A stretch of 64,000 nucleotides of DNA from an uncultured Prevotellaceae bacterium (GCA_902801375.1 CADCIB010000012.1:303-64302), one strand, 5' to 3'. Counted from the stretch's first letter, positions 26,101 through 34,972 are shown. Numbers and translations: made by a program. Notes: generated from the letters alone by a model not told the origin.

Positions 26101-28066
26101 GATTGTGGTCTACGAGCAGATGGACACCATCGTCGATGCCAACAAGTTGCAACCGGAACACGCTATGACACAGAGCAACGAATTGGCTAAGCACAACGGC
26201 ATCATGGCCAACATCCGTGAGGAAGGCAGCACGTGGCGTCAAACCGTGGTCATGCCCTCGGGCGATGGCTTTATCAACACAAAGCCCATGGTCACCATGC
26301 AAGATGACGGCAAGGCGGCCTGCGTTTGGCAGCGTGGACAACTCTACACCATTGATGAAGAAATATCTCCCGACTCGCTCTACAACACGGCTATGGAAGG
26401 TGAACTCGTGCTTTCCTACTACGACGGCAGCCAATGGTCGGAACCCATCGGACTGTTCTCCATCGACGAAGACCAAGTTATGGCGCAGTATGACCTCGTC
26501 ATGCGCAACGATACCGTACTCATTGGGGCATGCATGACGGTCCATCCCTTGGATACCATCAGTAGCCATAATACGTTCAATTATGCCTCAGTCGACTTAG
26601 TTTCCAAGGAGCCGGTTTTCAACGAGGATGAGTTCGAGCCGATACAGATATTCCTCAATCGCGTGGGCCAGCACACAGTAGCTGCCATGCTTTACGAGAA
26701 GAACGACTCCACCCGCGACATCTTCGTCAAGACGCTCAATATGGATGGTACTGATAGCGGCGTGGCGGGCAGCGACGTGGGCGCTAACTTCTGCTCACCT
26801 CAGCGTGTAAAGATCATCTGTGACCGTGCTGCCGAGAATCTCAACGACTTCGCCGTGCTATGGACGGAAATGAACAATACCGTGCGTGGTGAGGACGGCC
26901 AGATAAAAGCCACCAACGAAATACACACCATGCTCAACGCCTCGCGAGTCAGTTTGCAACCCACACCTTGCATCACCGCCCCCATCACGTTGGGCAGCGA
27001 CCGTGATAGCCTCGTGCTCTGCGACTTCGACGGCATCCTTGACGACTCCCATATCAAGGTGGTTTATTCGTTAGCCGACATGACATCGGGTGGCGCCGTC
27101 GTCATGCAGAATGAGAAATTCTTCAGCAATAGTTTCGATTACAACATTGCCTACACGCGGCAGGCCTTGTTAGGCAGTAGTGTGCTTCCCGTGAATGTCA
27201 CCGTGCGCAATACCGGCACATCGGCCATCCAAAGCGTGAAGGCTATCATCAATGACCATACTTTTGACATTGAGAACTCCTATGTGGCTCCTCTGCGCCA
27301 GCAGACCTTCGTCGTGGAGTATCCCATCACCGACGGCTTCGACGGCTACTTGTCAAGCCAGGTTGAGGTGGCCTACGACAATGTGTTCAAAGCCAGTCGG
27401 CATCCGCGCCGCAACATCAGTTTTGTGCGTCAGCAGATGGCTAAAGAGACTACTCATGTCGATATGGAGGACATTGAATGCCGCCTGATCGGACATACGG
27501 TGGAGGACGGTGTGAACTCCTTCCTCGTGGAACTCATCGACCACTCGTCACGCGGGCTGAAGCCACACAATCAGGTGCTGGTGGGCATCTATCCGCATCC
27601 GGGATTCACCGAGCCTATCAACGATGAGGCAGAGACGGTGGTCACCGCCGACGACTTTTTCGACTTCGGCGGCGTGCGCAAGGCTTTTGCCTCTGTCGAT
27701 GTGCCAGGCATCATGGAGTCGACCAATGCCTACCTCAACATCCACGTGGTGAACGGCGACAATGACGTCCCCAACCTGCGTGACGACGAGAACACGCACT
27801 ATGTTACCCTGTTGCCCGCCGAGACAATCGTGGGAATAGAGCAGCTTCGACTTCAGGAGCAACCCCACGCCCTGCACATTGAGCGACAGGAGAGTGGGCT
27901 GATTGTCAGCGGACTGAAGAGCGGTGACACCCTGCGTGTCTTCTCCGCAGAAGGTCTTCTGGTGTATAGCGCCAAGGCCACGAAAACCAGCATGTTCGTG
28001 CCTCTTTCAGCCCATGGCGTTTATCTGCTGGGCACCACCGAGGAAATCATGAAGTATAGTTATTGA
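23117..28066 (+). CDS. Orphan giant secreted protein, probable T9SS cargo (1649 aa)
   Basis: Signal peptide MKTKRIYFFCYLLLVVCLPMRSQ. No LRR or GLUG repeats. Central Gly/Ala-rich amphipathic segment. BNR-like strings (EEGSTWRQ, YYDGSQWSEP). The C-terminal approximately 80 aa (LIVSGLKSGDTLRVFSAEGLLVYSAKATKTSMFVPLSAHGVYLLGTTEEIMKYSY) resemble a T9SS sorting domain. Confidence 0.8.
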   Translation: MKTKRIYFFCYLLLVVCLPMRSQNFKLYFSNNVSDVVNFGQIESELSGLTWREVKNGDIAGNQVEVDAVMRMFASPEKKGLTQQKQFWTMRDHSLLCFRINDGKGTSGSYEVSVDDGVGGHQSISVSRYFYVNVPRQDEPVKIKVWPTNREKDSIRFEYYIYDWDDDNLYTFQLDSKRQLSGETYNLEYVVSYTDAEGERQVESKTLELQGKSFQSFYVDKDQTLQDVFLVNLNENLNTRRKLRLNKARLHPGVTLDPDFGTTRLSVGFHLDKHENRELVNFNWIGTGLYEHYDTLYVSLFNSRGKNVSKATINVESVDKDGHRAYDPLVRYDGYDRRTKTHRVITNGKPACLEILASGCVPAFYRYPGATDPVTGIVDESRCAANIILQTTNGSSDGMMLSSQHLMTLNDTKTVTVMNGEDHSVCDIHDFDISLIPQADTLCFMDDAGNNWPKVLNGQKIERYARMELVYSTPRGGQQPQAYLQLDNANDGSSLATISPISLNIFGTEFPAFTRTYFVSSYDLTSNFPENICCRMAINDGNQTYAPFPFLTKVRIDREAMKKTAEEKVNNDFGGDEDESAMRGFSDSGVAFNLPVSAKLKFSPFNIKTSVVVNSVKQLLSISVKADYNRGEKEDEGLPEGEDERLTEMRKEAREYCNSIYEKDSKGRSYSAVDDEPSLDDWMAEEIDDVFDFSPQRVGIGWFGSGKISFDVPLSKNTKEYFHLKNLSGTIGYGIGLTVPDLLDKYLTGGIADILKEIPTFGIGATFEASMQLDFGLKTFNTKMPISTKNFGYFATASARIKLGAWAELCTPANPVLFVNAGLRCGGKLAGAAGVAACLSDPAPSAGVYGVAIAGISAFADFRTYFFQWSGRAGVAIGKEWYYPNDDHNPLHPDFPYWLKDVKASTVGQSYRRLPKLGATDLGKPVIENVASNTNPHFLDERHVVFNDLGKPDDYNDDRISILDTESGETADLNANLNLNTATTNQNRSKRGKHEIVVYEQMDTIVDANKLQPEHAMTQSNELAKHNGIMANIREEGSTWRQTVVMPSGDGFINTKPMVTMQDDGKAACVWQRGQLYTIDEEISPDSLYNTAMEGELVLSYYDGSQWSEPIGLFSIDEDQVMAQYDLVMRNDTVLIGACMTVHPLDTISSHNTFNYASVDLVSKEPVFNEDEFEPIQIFLNRVGQHTVAAMLYEKNDSTRDIFVKTLNMDGTDSGVAGSDVGANFCSPQRVKIICDRAAENLNDFAVLWTEMNNTVRGEDGQIKATNEIHTMLNASRVSLQPTPCITAPITLGSDRDSLVLCDFDGILDDSHIKVVYSLADMTSGGAVVMQNEKFFSNSFDYNIAYTRQALLGSSVLPVNVTVRNTGTSAIQSVKAIINDHTFDIENSYVAPLRQQTFVVEYPITDGFDGYLSSQVEVAYDNVFKASRHPRRNISFVRQQMAKETTHVDMEDIECRLIGHTVEDGVNSFLVELIDHSSRGLKPHNQVLVGIYPHPGFTEPINDEAETVVTADDFFDFGGVRKAFASVDVPGIMESTNAYLNIHVVNGDNDVPNLRDDENTHYVTLLPAETIVGIEQLRLQEQPHALHIERQESGLIVSGLKSGDTLRVFSAEGLLVYSAKATKTSMFVPLSAHGVYLLGTTEEIMKYSY

Positions 28067-28083
28067 GAAATAAAAATAAGACA

Positions 28084-31000
28084 ATGTATAAAAAAGTTTT
28101 AACAGTAATCCTGCTGACGGTTCTGATAGTCGGACAGACAAGGGCCGATAACGTGAATGTTGACGGCTTTGGCAATATGACTTGGTATAACTATAAGGCC
28201 AGCAGCTACGGCGGAGGAGATGGCTCTTCCAACAGTCCTTACCTGATTAGCACACCAGAGCAGCTGGCTCTATTGGCCTATCGTGTCAATGAGGACGGAC
28301 AGACCTATGATGGACAATATTTCTCCATCACCGCCAACCTCTCGTTGGATAAAGACGCGGGGGCAAAGGTCATTTGGGTACCCATAGGCCGCACTCCCAC
28401 TCATGCTTTCAATGGCACCGTCAACGGCAATGGCCATACCGTCAGTGGCATGACGATTTCGGCCACCTCGACAAGCTACGCCAATTATTTCGGACTTTTC
28501 GGAATCATTGAAGATGGTAGCATCAGTAGCTTGACGGTGAAGGAGGCTTCCATTACCTTGACCGCCAACGACTGGGCCAATGTAGGTGGACTTGTCGGCG
28601 AATGTGACAACAACCTGACCGATTGCCACGCCGTGGCCAATATTACTTGCACGAACACGGGCGACGAAGAAATCGTTGTGGGAGGCTTGGCAGGCTCATG
28701 TACGGTGAACAACGTCAACCATTGCTCGTCGTCAGGCAACATCACGGCTACGGGCGACAATATCACAATGGGCGGTCTGATTGGTTCCGCATATACTATT
28801 CCCAACACAACGGCGGCGATGACCAATTGCTGCACGGCAACATCGCTGAAGGGTGGAACGACGGTGGGTGGCCTGATCGGACAGTTCTCGATTGGAAAGG
28901 ACAACACGACCATCAGCAACTGCTTCAGTTGCTCTTTCATCGATGCAACGACGGCTACCTACGCCGGTGGTGTGTTTGGTGATCTCCAACGTAAAAGTGG
29001 TCAGACAACGGCTTACAATTCAGTCATCAGCTGCCAGTATTGCGGTATGATGGTGAAACCCTCTGCCTCCACTCATTATGGCGTTGCTTTCGGCAACACC
29101 AACTTTCCCTACGATGCCAGCTATGATTATTTCACCAACCATTCCTTCACCTACGACAGCTGGCTGGGCAACCTGCCCACCAACGGTATGGGCTACGACT
29201 TAGGCGACAAGGTATCGGCCATCACCACGCCGCTTCCTGCCAATGGTGGCTACTCCGTGCCCAATACGGCCAAGGAGGAGGCTTCGTTCAAGGACAACTT
29301 CATCTTGTGTAGCCTGCCAACGTATATCAGCAACGATGGCAAGCACTTCTTCCCACCCCAAGATGTCACCACATCGTTGAAGATGGGCTACAATGCCTTC
29401 AATCAGCAGGTGACCTATGCTCTGGCCGAGAACAGCAATAGCGTAGAGGTGGCGGGTGATATCCTGCTGCCCCTTGACCCCGGTGAGGCCATGCTGACGA
29501 TCCGTTGCAACGGTGTGGAGCGCAAGGCACTCATCAAAGTGAATTACGGCACGGAGTGGGACGGACAGACGGCTACCGGTTTCGATGGCGGCAACGGCTC
29601 ATTCCTCGACCCTTACCTCATCCGCACCGTCGGCCAGCTGCGATTAGCCATCGACAACACAACTCAATATAATAAGGAGGGCATGTACTTCAAGTTGGCG
29701 AACGACATCTTCATCAACAAGCATCTGCTCCAAACCAACGAGGAAGTGAGCAACGAAGCCAACCTGTGGACATCTTCCAACTTTGCGGCCAACCTCGACG
29801 GCGACGGCCACACCATCTATGGACTCTATGTCAAGGACGAGGGCTGCGCCGAAGAGTCGGCTCACGGACTCTTTGCCACCCTCACGGGAAAAGTCTCTCG
29901 CCTGGCAGTGGTCGATAGCTATGTCTCGGCCAGTGGCTCTGCGAATGAAATCTGTGCGGGCATGATATGTGGCGTCTTGGCAGGCGACGAAGGTGCTCTG
30001 GAGCAATGCATGACCCACGGACGTGTGCTCAGCGACGGCATGGCAGGTGGCATGGTGGGGTCGGTTGACGAAAACAACAATGCCCTCACCGATTGCTTCT
30101 CTTGTGTACATGTAGGCTGGGCAACGAGCAACAACAAATACTTGGGAGCAGGATTGGTCAGCGACAAACAAACCAATGACGGACGACCTGAGGTGACCCG
30201 ATGCATCAGCACCGGCAAGGTGGAATATGCCAGAAATTATTCCTTCGGCCTTGTCCGTCGTGGTACGGTAGATGCTAACTCCCGCTTCGACCTCACGATG
30301 ATGGCTGCTGAGTTCTCTGATTTGGATGACGATTACTCTTCCAAGCCGGCGGATATGATTTCGGGTCAGATGCTTGCCGATGCCACCAACTGGAAAACCG
30401 AGCTGCGCCGCTATCCCATGCTGAAGCTCTTTGCCGACACCCCTTACGGCGACCTGCTTTCCATGCCGTTGCTCTTTGCCGAAGGCGACCGTGCGGGCAA
30501 AGTCACACAGGTCTTCGATTTCCCCAACGAGGGCGTCACCTGGTCGGCCTACCACGGCAACGACTACATCGATGTCATCAACTCCTGTGGTGCGGCCACG
30601 CCCGTCTATAGCACGGGAAGCGACACCGAGTTGCTCATCGCCCAGACGAACCAAGCCAAGAGCCAGAGCACCAAGGCCCTGCGTGTCATAGCCATCGACG
30701 TCAAGATCAGCGGTCCGGTGGGCATCGCCTTCGAGGACGACAACGCCGAAGCAGCATGCCTCGCCGCTTTTGACACCATCCTCCATGATGGCTCTATCTC
30801 CCTGCGCGAAGCCGTGGAAGCCACGTCTGAGCAGTTTGCTGTCTTCAGGGCTGATGCCCATGCTGCCAACGTGCAGACATTCCGCGAGCTGCGCTATTTC
30901 GTGGGACTGACCACACTCAGCGAGGGCATTGTGTCAGGCTTGTCGTCTCTCACCGCCGTAGAGCTTCCCAAGACCGTGACCACCATTGGCGACAATGCCT

Positions 31001-32052
31001 TCAACGGGTGTACGGCACTTGAGTCAGTTGTCTTGCCCGCCACTACAACGACGGCAACAGGGCGCTCCTTCTGCGGCTCCGGTATCAAGAATATCTATGT
31101 GGAGCCCAAGAACACGACGCTTGTCAGCCGCAACGGGCTGCTCTTCAACACCAGCGACCAGTTGATAGCCTATCCTCCGGCACGCGGCGAAGCATCGGCC
31201 ACCGTGAGCGGCACCCTCGATGCCATTCTCCCCAACGCCTTCTACCAGGTTCCAGGACTTACGAGCATCTATCTCGACAATGCCCTGCCCGAAGGCAGCA
31301 TGGCCGAACTGGAGGTGGACGGCATCGTGCCCGAATCTGGCGACATTGACATCTACATCAACGACGGTTCCTACAACGGTGCCCTCTATGAGGACTATCT
31401 CGACGATGCGTCGTGGGAGGACTATGAAGACCATCTCTACCGCTACTTCCCCCTCACCGTCACGAGTGCCGGATGGGCCACGCTCTACATCGGCTTCGCC
31501 ACCCAGTTGCCGCCAGAGCTGAAAGCCTATATCGTCATAGACTCGTCGGTCGACGACAATACGGCCACGCTGAAGCGCGTCGACAACCTCCTGCCCGCCA
31601 CCACTCCTGTGGTCGTCAAGGGAGAACAGGCTGGCACCTACCTGCTCACGCCCTATACCGGCGATGTGGACCCGCTCGACAAATGGGAGAACAAGCTCAT
31701 CGGCTCGTACATCGGACAAGAGGGTAAGTGGGGCGTTCCCGTCAACCAGGGCGATGCCAACGAGGGCAGCATCCTCACCTTAGGCCGCAACAGCCTGGGA
31801 GAGGTGGGATTCTTCTACTACCAAGGCGCCCAAATACCGCCCTACCGCGCTTACCTTACCTACAACAGTATCCAAGATTCATCGGCTCGTTTCATGTTGA
31901 TCATTGACGATAGCCAAGAAACCGGAATTGAGGAAACCGTGAATAGCCAACCGACAAATCATATTTGCTACGATCTGCAGGGCCGCCGTCTCGGCAACAT
32001 TCCCTCACGCGGCATTTATATCAAGGGCGGAAAGAAATTTATCGTAAAGTAA
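28084..32052 (+). CDS. GLUG/beta-helix + LRR surface protein, T9SS cargo (1322 aa)
   Basis: The ORF track starts at a TTG at 28063; ATG 28084 is preferred (MYKKVLTVILLTVLIVGQTRA). Two PYLI(S/R)T..QL modules carry GLUG-like repeats (NVGGLVGE, VVGGLAGS, TMGGLIGS, TVGGLIGQ). LRR_5 repeat: IGDNAFNGCTALESVVLP. C-terminus ICYDLQGRRLGNIPSRGIYIKGGKKFIVK. Confidence 0.85.
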   Translation: MYKKVLTVILLTVLIVGQTRADNVNVDGFGNMTWYNYKASSYGGGDGSSNSPYLISTPEQLALLAYRVNEDGQTYDGQYFSITANLSLDKDAGAKVIWVPIGRTPTHAFNGTVNGNGHTVSGMTISATSTSYANYFGLFGIIEDGSISSLTVKEASITLTANDWANVGGLVGECDNNLTDCHAVANITCTNTGDEEIVVGGLAGSCTVNNVNHCSSSGNITATGDNITMGGLIGSAYTIPNTTAAMTNCCTATSLKGGTTVGGLIGQFSIGKDNTTISNCFSCSFIDATTATYAGGVFGDLQRKSGQTTAYNSVISCQYCGMMVKPSASTHYGVAFGNTNFPYDASYDYFTNHSFTYDSWLGNLPTNGMGYDLGDKVSAITTPLPANGGYSVPNTAKEEASFKDNFILCSLPTYISNDGKHFFPPQDVTTSLKMGYNAFNQQVTYALAENSNSVEVAGDILLPLDPGEAMLTIRCNGVERKALIKVNYGTEWDGQTATGFDGGNGSFLDPYLIRTVGQLRLAIDNTTQYNKEGMYFKLANDIFINKHLLQTNEEVSNEANLWTSSNFAANLDGDGHTIYGLYVKDEGCAEESAHGLFATLTGKVSRLAVVDSYVSASGSANEICAGMICGVLAGDEGALEQCMTHGRVLSDGMAGGMVGSVDENNNALTDCFSCVHVGWATSNNKYLGAGLVSDKQTNDGRPEVTRCISTGKVEYARNYSFGLVRRGTVDANSRFDLTMMAAEFSDLDDDYSSKPADMISGQMLADATNWKTELRRYPMLKLFADTPYGDLLSMPLLFAEGDRAGKVTQVFDFPNEGVTWSAYHGNDYIDVINSCGAATPVYSTGSDTELLIAQTNQAKSQSTKALRVIAIDVKISGPVGIAFEDDNAEAACLAAFDTILHDGSISLREAVEATSEQFAVFRADAHAANVQTFRELRYFVGLTTLSEGIVSGLSSLTAVELPKTVTTIGDNAFNGCTALESVVLPATTTTATGRSFCGSGIKNIYVEPKNTTLVSRNGLLFNTSDQLIAYPPARGEASATVSGTLDAILPNAFYQVPGLTSIYLDNALPEGSMAELEVDGIVPESGDIDIYINDGSYNGALYEDYLDDASWEDYEDHLYRYFPLTVTSAGWATLYIGFATQLPPELKAYIVIDSSVDDNTATLKRVDNLLPATTPVVVKGEQAGTYLLTPYTGDVDPLDKWENKLIGSYIGQEGKWGVPVNQGDANEGSILTLGRNSLGEVGFFYYQGAQIPPYRAYLTYNSIQDSSARFMLIIDDSQETGIEETVNSQPTNHICYDLQGRRLGNIPSRGIYIKGGKKFIVK

Positions 32053-32115
32053 TTTCTTTGTTGGGTAATGATTTAGCCATAGTCATTCGTTCAAAGATCG
32101 CTTTTGCTAACCTGT

Positions 32116-32162
32116 CGGCGTCTGCATGCTCTCCTCCGAGCGCTTGCGGACGCCGTTTTTGT
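32116..32162 (+). terminator. Candidate rho-independent terminator of the 28084 gene
   Basis: Stem CGGCGTC (32116-32122) pairs with GACGCCG (32049+100 region, 32149-32155). The long loop has an inner GCTC/GAGC pairing and is followed by TTTTTGTT. Confidence 0.35.
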
Positions 32163-32492
32163 TGCAACCAGACATTGTCCGCACGGCAAAGAGACATCAT
32201 TCACAAGGCAGGCAGACACCCGTTGCGGCACAAACACCGGCCATCAGCGATGCCAGGGGACGCTCTCCGTGCGGTCGATGGGGTGCAGGGGCTGTGCCCT
32301 TCCCGAGCAGCGCCACGCCCACGGCGGCAGTCCATGGATCCTCTCGTTTGCCTTTGCAAAGTTACGACATTTCTTTTAAGCCGCCAAAAAACTCATGCCG
32401 TAGCCCGCAAAAATCTGTTAACAAAACGACCCGGCAACCTTAAAAAATACAAACGGCACATCCCCCCGCTTCCAAGCCCGCTGTAGGGGGCG

Positions 32493-32550
32493 GTCGTGTG
32501 TCAAAGCTCTGCCTACACGCGGATGGCATTCGGCATTTGGCACCCTCGAC
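32493..32550. repeat. Dispersed hairpin element, copy 1 (homologous to reverse complement of 53001-53070)
   Basis: The shared core is cctacacgcggat(g/a)gcatt(c/t)ggcattt, plus the flanks tgtcaaa and caccctcgac. Confidence 0.55.
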
Positions 32551-32560
32551 ACCGCAAAAC

Positions 32561-32744
32561 GTCCCGCGTCCCAACGTCCCATCGTCCCATTAAGCAGGTA
32601 GGCAAATAGGAAAATATAAGGATTATATGGTTACTATATATATAATATATATATATATTATATATATAGTAAAATTCAACTCTCCCTTTTTTCCCTTATA
32701 TGAACCACCTTAATGGGACGATGGGACGATGGGACGTGGGACGC
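32561..32744. repeat. Nested inverted repeat: CGTCCCA-heptad arms flanking a 42-nt perfect AT palindrome
   Basis: The left arm (32561-32594, gtcccgcgtcccaacgtcccatcgtcccattaag) is approximately the reverse complement of the right arm (32709-32744, cttaatgggacgatgggacgatgggacgtgggacgc), with 20 nt perfect. The central palindrome at 32631-32672 (ttactatatatataatatatatatatattatatatatagtaa) was checked base by base. Confidence 0.85.
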
Positions 32745-32805
32745 ATGAAGGGGTGAGAGGAGTCATATAGGGCAAATGCTGTATAATTGCTAATCAAATC
32801 CGCTT

Positions 32806-32893
32806 TTCTGCGCATAACGGGCGTTTCTGCACAACAAGTTTTCTCGCTTTTTCTGCCATCAGGTCAATTTATAATAAAAATGTAGTACTTTTG
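32806..32893 (+). promoter_or_regulatory. Paired TTYTGCRCA operator plus -7 box of the 32957 operon
   Basis: TTCTGCGCA at 32806 and TTCTGCACA at 32825 are 19 bp apart. TACTTTTG at 32886 is 61 bp downstream of the proximal copy and 64 nt upstream of ATG 32957. Confidence 0.5.
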
Positions 32894-32956
32894 CGGGGAA
32901 ATTAAGGTGCAAACAACACATTTTATATATATTTATCAATCAAATTTAAAGAAAAC

Positions 32957-34312
32957 ATGATGAAAAAAAGTACCACAATGAAGCATTTGGCTTTGGCTCT
33001 GATGGTATGCGTTGCCCAAGGCGTGAACGCGCAAGAGCTTGATCCGGATTTGCTGAATTACGTGGCAACCGGTGACACCATCGGCACAGAGTATGTCCCC
33101 GATGAGAATTATGTTCCTGTCACATGGGAGAAAAAGGGGCTTCATGCAGGTATGCAGATGGCACAGTTCATCCTCTTCACCTATCGTTCGCCCAAGGCAT
33201 ACGAAGTGCCTGAATATGTGGAAATGTATATCCGCCTAAAGAACTGCTATGGTGAAGTGGTAGGGGAGAAATCCGATGATGCCAGTACTGTTCTGGACTA
33301 CATGGCCTTCCAGGATGTCGTCTTTAACGTTTTAAACCTGAAAGGTTTCATCGAGCGTGGCGGCGAATATGTCTTCGAGCGCGGAATACCTTGGTTGGGC
33401 ATTGCGAAAAGCGACGATCTCGTCTTGGTGGATGAACCCTCCGTGCGCATGAACGATTTTAATCAGTTGAAGACCGGTAGCAACCTGAATGGTTATGTCC
33501 TTTTCAACACGGGCTATCCCTACGAGCGTTCGCATCTGACGGGTCAGGAGAAAACGGAATGGACACTCCAGTATATGGCTCCTGGAAGCACGGAGCGCGT
33601 GACCATTGACCAAGGCGAGATGGCTCTGACGCTCGACAATTCCAAGCAGCCTCGCCTGGCAGCCATCGACACGCTGAAAATCTTCAAGGAGAAGCCTGCC
33701 ATGGGCGAGTATTTCCTTGAAGTCAAGACCGACTGGGAGAAAGAGGCCCTGGGCGCGATGAGCGATCGTAATACGAAATTCATGGTAGTCGATACGCTTC
33801 GTGCCAATGCTACCATCGACAAAGATAAGTACCAGCTGGGCGTAGACAAGCAGTTGGTTGTCAACCTCTCGTTGGATTATGGTTACCCGTTCATTCACAC
33901 GACAGCCCCCGATACGGAGCCTACCGTGCGCATCCGCTATCAGATTACAGCCAAGGGCGATGAATTGTTCAAAGATTCGCTGAAGATTGCCGACCAGAAA
34001 TTGGCCGTGGAGCCCCTGAAGCGCAACGACCAGTTGGTGATGAATTTCGACAAAGTGACTGACGATCTCTTCGGCGACGCCGACCAGATGCCGATCTATG
34101 TGCATGTCACCGTTGAGTACGACGGTAACATTCAGTATACTGCTGACTTCCAGCCTACTTTGTTGAAGGCAAACGATGTGGGTATCAGAGAAAGTCAGGT
34201 AGCCGACAAGAAATCATCAGGCGACATGTACGATGTACAAGGTCGCCGGGTCGCTACAAAACCCGCAAATGGCATCTATATACAAGATGGAAAGAAAGTT
34301 ATCATTAAATAA
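32957..34312 (+). CDS. Hypothetical T9SS cargo protein (451 aa)
   Basis: Signal peptide MMKKSTTMKHLALALMVCVAQGVNAQ. The C-terminus MYDVQGRRVATKPANGIYIQDGKKVIIK is a classical T9SS type-A tail. The body has no recognised domain. Confidence 0.75.
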   Translation: MMKKSTTMKHLALALMVCVAQGVNAQELDPDLLNYVATGDTIGTEYVPDENYVPVTWEKKGLHAGMQMAQFILFTYRSPKAYEVPEYVEMYIRLKNCYGEVVGEKSDDASTVLDYMAFQDVVFNVLNLKGFIERGGEYVFERGIPWLGIAKSDDLVLVDEPSVRMNDFNQLKTGSNLNGYVLFNTGYPYERSHLTGQEKTEWTLQYMAPGSTERVTIDQGEMALTLDNSKQPRLAAIDTLKIFKEKPAMGEYFLEVKTDWEKEALGAMSDRNTKFMVVDTLRANATIDKDKYQLGVDKQLVVNLSLDYGYPFIHTTAPDTEPTVRIRYQITAKGDELFKDSLKIADQKLAVEPLKRNDQLVMNFDKVTDDLFGDADQMPIYVHVTVEYDGNIQYTADFQPTLLKANDVGIRESQVADKKSSGDMYDVQGRRVATKPANGIYIQDGKKVIIK

Positions 34313-34342
34313 ACCTAATCAAAACAATTAAAAAAAAACAGA

Positions 34343-34972
34343 ATGAAAAAGAATTTTATCTGGATGCTTGCTGCCATCCTTCTCTGCGGCACGATGTCAA
34401 TGGTAGTTACCGCATGTGGAGACGACGACGATGACAACGGCACGTCATCATCCTCCAACGTCTACGAAGTGACTCTTTCCGCAGTGCTGCCCCGCTGCTC
34501 TGCACCCTATCTGCAGCTGAAGGTGGAGTACACCGATGCCGATGGCAAGAGCGAGACCCTGCTCGTCAAGGAAGGCGACGAGAGCCAGAGCATCAGCGAG
34601 GATGCTATGAACAGCTATAAGAACGCCACCAGCGCCTATCGTGGAAATCCTGCTTATGTGACTATCCTCGACGACATCATTGTGCGCAATATTAAGCTGC
34701 GTGTACCTGCTGGCAAGTCGTTCTCCTACCAGGGCACCATCGTGACCCGTAACGACTACGCCACTCCCACAAGCGACGTCAACGTGGTACAGCCCTGTGT
34801 CATTTCTAAAGGTAAGCGCATCAGCGGCAATGGCGACGACCGTTCAGAACTCGCCTCTAACGGCAGCCTGAGCGTTATTGCCAGCTTTGGCATTGATGCT
34901 GAAAGCTTCGCATCCATCATGGACCGTTGGAACGGCCGCGATGCCGGCAAGGGCGGTGCCACTATGAAATAA
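34343..34972 (+). CDS. Hypothetical lipoprotein with acidic post-Cys export signal (209 aa)
   Basis: Lipobox MVVTAC followed by GDDDDDNG. It has the same length and N-terminal architecture as the 12144..12773 lipoprotein, and also directly follows a T9SS cargo gene. Confidence 0.7.
   Translation: MKKNFIWMLAAILLCGTMSMVVTACGDDDDDNGTSSSSNVYEVTLSAVLPRCSAPYLQLKVEYTDADGKSETLLVKEGDESQSISEDAMNSYKNATSAYRGNPAYVTILDDIIVRNIKLRVPAGKSFSYQGTIVTRNDYATPTSDVNVVQPCVISKGKRISGNGDDRSELASNGSLSVIASFGIDAESFASIMDRWNGRDAGKGGATMK

Noticed and set aside
32201-32335. 44-aa Cys/Arg-rich minus-strand ORF (MDCRRGRGAAREGHSPCTPSTARRASPGIADGRCLCRNGCLPAL), 22 nt downstream of the orphan -7 box at 32357.
   Set aside because: The spacing to the promoter box is attractive. 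However, the composition simply mirrors the GC-rich DNA, there is no paralog in the window and no recognisable family. Evidence is too weak to call a gene, so it is only mentioned under the 32163-32560 finding.
32561-32744. Considered whether the inverted-repeat-flanked segment is a Bacteroidales invertible promoter (phase-variation switch) or a CRISPR-like array.
   Set aside because: No TAnnTTTG box in either orientation lies between the arms, and no recombinase or invertase gene is nearby. The heptad repeats are contiguous with no spacers, so it is neither a shufflon-type promoter switch nor a CRISPR.
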